Shown here piece by piece: positions 35,376 through 41,029 of a stretch of DNA of 41,029 bases. A program made the translations under genes and the position numbers. The number at the start of each line of letters is the position of its first letter. Position 1 is the stretch's first letter. Source of the DNA: Catajapyx aquilonaris (Eukaryota); NCBI GenBank assembly GCA_000934665.2, contig JYFJ02003540.1:1-41029 (forward strand). The letters are read 5' to 3'. Below the pieces are notes generated by a model. The model was given only the letters and a program-made list of their open reading frames with translations. It had not been told where the DNA came from and ran no database searches.

Positions 35376-35446
35376 TTCAGACCCCATATCTAAGACTGTG
35401 GGACAACAATCCTTGTTGTCCCACATTCAGAGATATGGGGTCTGAA
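35376..35446. other. 71-nt near-perfect hairpin downstream of the PCIF1 stop
   Basis: TTCAGACCCCATATCT/AGATATGGGGTCTGAA (16 bp) plus TGTGGGACAACAA/TTGTTGTCCCACA (13 bp), 3-nt loop; 31 of 34 positions are Watson-Crick paired. Confidence 0.8.
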
Positions 35447-38400
35447 TACCTTCAAACATCCCTTGCTGTATTTTTTGCCATGAATGACACTGAAGGTCAA
35501 ATTGGCATGAACAATTCCAAATACGCCTCTGGCATTCAAATCCAGAGGTGAAATTTGATGAAAATTGTGGAACCCATGACGGTGGTACCGGTACGCTAGA
35601 GAGTCACAGCATGTGAATAATTCCAGAAATGTGTGGTTAAGATTGCAAATATATCAGACCTTCATAAAAGTTGACCAGCATCTCCTTGGAGCATAATTTT
35701 GCTACTAATTTAATCATTTATTATGGAAATTCAGGGCACAACTTATGGACACTGATGAATTTTATAATAATTTATTACAACTGGTGATTTTTTGAATTCT
35801 ATGTGAAGTTCCTGAAACTTGAGACTTTTTTATTTTCTGTAAATAATTATATCAATTTTTACTCTTTTACAATCATGCAATCATCAATTAAATGCTTGCA
35901 GATATCCTCTTATGACAATTTCTCCAGACTTTTAATGCATGGTGTTATTTTATATGTAGCTGACTGAAAGCCTTGTGTTCACTGAAGCGACTTAAAAGTC
36001 TCACAGTTGTTTCTAGATGGTATTGTATTCCACACCTGAATGATATGACATTTTATCATTCAGCATGATATTGCTTTGGTACATCACATGCTGGTAGGGC
36101 ATATTTTTCTGGGTTGTCAAAAATTAGCACAACCAAAATTAGGCAGAGGATTTTCTTATGTGGGAAGAGTTTTGAGGAGTTAAATCTGTGTTCATGGGGA
36201 TCTTCTTGTGGTTCTCTTGTTACTTCCCTCTCCAAAACCCCTCCTTCCCTATCTGCCTCTCATGGCCTTGTTTGTCTTGGTTCTCTCAATGAAATAAACC
36301 CAACCAATCTTACATTGCGAGCAAGCAGTTTCTTCCACATCCTCCAACTTGCAAAATTCATCACCTTGAGATATTAATTAATAACTTTGAGAATTAAAAA
36401 TAGTGTTCTCTAAAAGTAACAAGGTATTCATTACCTTACAGTAGGACCTGTATGTGGTATCACAGACTTGCTCCATTCTGGGGGGAAAATTATGTATCGA
36501 TCTGGTTTTTGTTATATTCAACAGAAATACATTAAAAAGCCTGTGCAAGGACAAAACAGATCTATAATCGACAAGTTCACACTGTAGCCAGGGCCTTTTA
36601 TGTAGAGGTTTCAATGTATTACAGTTGATTCCAGATATAACATCCTTGGCTATAACAGACCTTGGTTATAGCAAACTGATTTCCTTGGTCCTGGTAGTTG
36701 TACTTTACATCCACAGTCTACTTTATTATGATTGAACTTACAAGGATGAAGTACATTATCATCGTGGCAGGCCATTATATTTACAGAGTTATACAGTAAT
36801 GAGCATGGTGTCTCAATGGCTGGGTTACTATGCTGCTTAACTTATTAGTGCATTGTATCATGTTGCTTTGAGTTACTCAGTGGACACAGGGCTTCACTAA
36901 GAGTGATATGTGCTTTGTATGGTGTTTCAAAGTCAGTAAGGTCAGCCAGTGAACTTAGAATTATAAAACATCCACCGGTGAAGTCATATGGTTTGTAATG
37001 AGTTAACCAACTGAAATTCACTTTAACTGTGGTCTGCGTGGCATCTTACCAGGGAAAGTGTTCAGGCAGTTCCCGGCTTATGTAGCTGACATACGTAGAG
37101 TTGGACTTACATTTAAAAATTTCTCATGTGGGCAAAAAAGTTATGAACAAACTGGTAACGTCAAATGCTAGTAATTGTAAGAAAAATGTGTTAAATTTCT
37201 GATTGCGTCAACTCAAATCTGCTCCCCGAGAGTAATTTCCTCCCTCAGTTTATACGCGCCAGATATTAATGACCTGCTTCCAGGCCTTCTGGTATTCCTT
37301 TCTCACTTGAAACGGCCTCAATTGAATATGACGGTGACTCCAGTATCTATGTATAAGGTTCATTAGAGACTAGCATGTACTGTATATGATTTTTAGAATG
37401 GTACAGAGTATGCGAAATTGGAATTGTGTGCAATGTCAATGAACAATCCACTTACATAAGTCAGGAACCAGCTGTATTACCTGCTCTCCCCTTCCCCTTC
37501 ACAAGCTCCCATAGGGTTACTTAATTTTTTGAAATGCCACTGTTGTTGACTATTCATAGATTGCCTTCCCATACGTGATGTCCCAAATAGCTGCTAATGT
37601 CATGTAATATAACATAGATTTATTTACTTATAAGCATGTTGAAAACATAAGAATTTTGATTATAGCTGCGCATATCAGATGTGGGTCAGCACTACTTCTA
37701 TCGGAAATTGTCACTAGTCTACCTGTCCTTTGTCTCACTTAAGTGTATGTGCATTAACTATAACAGACAGTGAAGGTGTTGAGAACCTAACAGTTGACGT
37801 GAGATGGACATGAATATTGCGGCTGCTGCTGCAGGACTTGTTGTGAATGTGCAACTCGTTTTTGTACAGTGTTTATAAGAGTCATGTTGGAGTTGGAACT
37901 GCAATGCAATCATTCAACTCAATTATAGAACACTTATTTTTGTGCAACACAATTATTTTTTATTTTATTTTTATTTTTTCTCTTTTTTTACATTGATTTT
38001 TAGATTTAGTACCTGCTTTGAGCAGATGATATTAGACCAAGTTTTAGATAAAGTAGTGCCATTGATGCAGCCTTTTTTATACATGCACATGTTCATGGTG
38101 AAGATTGGAAGTTTTCAAAAAGTAGTGATATTTGCTTGTATATAACAATATGTAAAGTACAAAGTGTTTCTTTGTGATTTATTTTTATTTAGTGAACCAG
38201 TGCAATATTCTTGAATTCTCACTTTGCTTTCTTCTGGAAAATGTGGTATCCCTTACATGCTGCTGATGGAAACTTTCATTTGTAAAGTGTAACACTCCAT
38301 TCTTGGTTTTAAGTTTTTTAACTACCTTCCATTTCAATAAATATCACACGGATTCACAAAAATTTACCTCCATCTCTTGCAAAACTTACATTGCATTAAT

Positions 38401-40212
38401 ATCACACTCATCTGTCACTGGGATGTAGTAAAGATCTTTGTTAGCCATGATGTATATCAGAGCATTCTAAAGGAAGATAACGATGGTACACAGTATATAA
38501 CTTCAGGCTGTCTACTGCAAGATTGTAGTAAATTTTTCTATTTCCAGAGTCATTATTTCAGTACTGTACCACTCATAGCTGATGAAAATAGTAAATTATC
38601 ATGGCAATATCTAAACTTCTGCAGCCTTGCTGTACTCCCCATATGCTACAGGCTATCGATGATGGTAATTTCCTTTTGAAAAAGAATTCAAGGTACCAAC
38701 TAGTATACTCTGTAATCATTACTGATCCAGTTGAGGACCAATCCAGTTCAGTTTATTACCAAAAGTGATGTACGGGGCCAATTCCATTGCGCTAGCTGGC
38801 TTGTTGTGCCACCTCCAGTTTCACAATTGTTGCACCAGCTTGAATACTTGTAGGGATTATTGTTCCTACAATAATGAACTTTGTGGTAACTTAAAGTGTG
38901 AATGTCCAGGATAAGAACCTCAATCAAGATATTGTATCCTGAACTCATCAGTCATGTGGCCAAAATTGTCACCAAGAATATGTTTCCATCAGCAGCAACA
39001 TTATTATTTAGTTGATAATCAAGATGGCATAGCAGCATTTATAGTTTTAAACATTCATTGCTTGGTCAGAGGCAAGGGTGAGACAATCATAGAATGCCAT
39101 GAGGCACACACACTGATTGATTAGGAAATGATTTGATTGGTTGTTTAGTAATTTTTTTTTTAAACTGCATGTTAAAAATGCAGTAGTTCTAAATTGCAAG
39201 AGAATTATGTAACCACATTACTAAGGAACCATCACTACATCAGCAGAGTAGATAATCTCACTTTTGCAGCAGTTTATTGGCGCAACCTATCTTGGGTTTA
39301 GTCTTCCCTCTTGATTATGTACTTCCATTTCATTTCTACACGCGAGAGCGTGATTTAAATTGTGTTAATTTAGTTTGTGCCATGCTTCAGGTAGACAAGA
39401 GTATGAGTCAATCAATCTTGCTTTCATATCTCCAAAGTATCTCAGTCTGAATATTTTAGGTATCAAAAAGATTATGAGTTCCTTATTCAAGAAAATTTCT
39501 GGCTATATACTGTATATCATACACACTGGTGATTTTTATTGTAAATTTTTTATGCGTATTACGATAATGACTTGAAATTCTGCAATAAATTGAGTCATGT
39601 TAAATTTATTTGGTACATTTGGTCAACAAACTCCTAATAATGTCCGTATGTTCCTTCAGGTAACCATTTCAGTCCAGCAAGGAAGGGGTAAATTATTATG
39701 ACACTAACATTTATCAAAACATGATTTATTGGTTTCATTTAAGACTTCAGTTTACAATGCAAGTACAATTTGAACGTGTGACAAAGCAGTGATGCAAAGT
39801 AAATTTGATACTGTTTGGTACCTCATTTTCACCAACCGGCAATTTTGAACTTTAGTGATCTAGCCCAAGGAACCTAATCCTTCCTAAACACCAACAAACT
39901 GAAGAACAAGTATGTATTCTTGCAGTAAAGTTCATTCACAGTGATAAGATGTTGGTGTCTATTTTCTGTGTGACATAGAACGAAATGCTGAGGAGATCTT
40001 TGACTTTATCAAATGTCAGGTACTATTGCACTTTTTAAGTAGCAGTGAACACTCATTTCAGAATTTGCAATACTTAAAGGTCACTAACAAGTAAGTGACA
40101 TCAGCACCAGCAAATGAGGAGAAAACAAAAGTAAGTATCAGTTGCCACTATTTACAAATGAAAGCATGTTCCATGAATGTACTTAACAGGAAAGTACACC
40201 TATTTGACGGGA

Positions 40213-40488
40213 TCAGTCAGGCAGCGGTTGGATGTAGTCGCAAGGGGGGTTGGGTAATAAGTAGTCGCCACTCTGAAGCAATTCAGTCTCTTCTGGCTCA
40301 ACCTGCAGAAGGGCATAGTTGAGGCTTGGCCTGCCACCCACATGCTTGAGAAGCCTTTGATGAATCTCGGAGAACTTGAGCCTGTCCCTGGGCTCTGTTT
40401 TCCAGCAGCCGCTCATGATCTCGCATACAAATGGAGGGCACTCGTCAGGGGGGATCAGCATTATGCCTTGAAGGATGAGTTTCACCAC
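40213..40488 (-). CDS. Last coding exon of a receptor tyrosine kinase (Trk/Ror/MuSK-like, kinase subdomains X-XI plus tail); the rest of the gene lies beyond the window
   Basis: Acceptor CTCTTTGTAG| then VVKLILQGIMLIPPDECPPFVCEIMSGCWKTEPRDRLKFSEIH, matching the PxxCP...MxxCW...P..R..F tyrosine kinase C-lobe pattern. The tail has several Tyr residues. Confidence 0.85.
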   Translation of the reverse strand: MVKLILQGIMLIPPDECPPFVCEIMSGCWKTEPRDRLKFSEIHQRLLKHVGGRPSLNYALLQVEPEETELLQSGDYLLPNPPCDYIQPLPD

Positions 40489-41029
40489 CTACAAAGAGCA
40501 AGGATCCTCTTGACATCATTGAATATCACGATCATAATAATTAAAACTGGGTACATGACTCAAAGCAGCTTTTGGCAAGACAAGGGCACTCTTGACCCAG
40601 TTGTGTCGAGGCTAATTAAAGAGAATTTTTAAAATCATGTTATTGAATGTAATGAGTGTATGTGTAATGAGTGAATGTAATAATTGTGCTGTTGGTCATT
40701 TGTGATATGTTCGTTATTCTGTTGGCCCTTCTGGTTTAACGTAACTAGGAAACAGGTTACCATGTGGTTACTGTTTATCCCAGTCATCACTTGTTTCTTG
40801 TTTACCTGTTGGCCCATCTCCAAATACAAATGTAACAATGTAGAATTTCTGTTGGACCATCTAAAACAAAGTCGGCCGACTATAAAAGGCCGGCCGTCCG
40901 GCTGATCGAGCTCAGTTGTTGTTTGGCCTTAGTAGTCCAGGTGCTAAGGGACAAATTTGACCCAAACTTTGCATTTTGTGACAAAAGTATGAAACTCGGT
41001 ACACTTGTCCCTTGGACACTTCTGATCAT

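Noticed and set aside
36620..37110. TA|CAGTTGATTCC... pogo-like remnant
   Set aside because: The right terminus is too degenerate to define an element.

Overview
Eukaryotic, intron-containing genomic DNA, most likely from an arthropod and probably a non-dipteran insect. This rests on DRE motifs in a promoter, a DGAT1 N-terminus resembling Drosophila midway, and CpG-poor gene bodies with CpG-rich promoters. Four complete multi-exon genes can be assembled by hand with consistent splice phases: ALS2/alsin (+, 10 coding exons, ~1652 aa, one GC-AG intron), DGAT1 (-, 9 exons, ~498 aa), SS18/SYT (-, 6 exons, ~682 aa) and PCIF1/CAPAM (+, 9 coding exons, ~946 aa, intact NPPF motif). The last exon of a Trk/Ror/MuSK-class receptor tyrosine kinase (-) is also present. 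SS18 and PCIF1 are head-to-head; ALS2 and DGAT1 are tail-to-tail. The putative first PCIF1 intron holds a stack of non-autonomous DNA transposons (hAT-like, Kolobok-like, Sola1-like, and a 600-bp foldback), followed by a 505-nt poly-T that is probably an assembly artefact. The most interesting unexplained signals are: a spliced uORF that stops on the PCIF1 start codon (ATGA overlap), a candidate spliced small-ORF gene divergent from DGAT1 next to a CTCF-like site, and a 71-nt pre-miRNA-sized hairpin downstream of the PCIF1 stop. I found no convincing wholly new multi-gene system, and no prokaryotic or CRISPR features.
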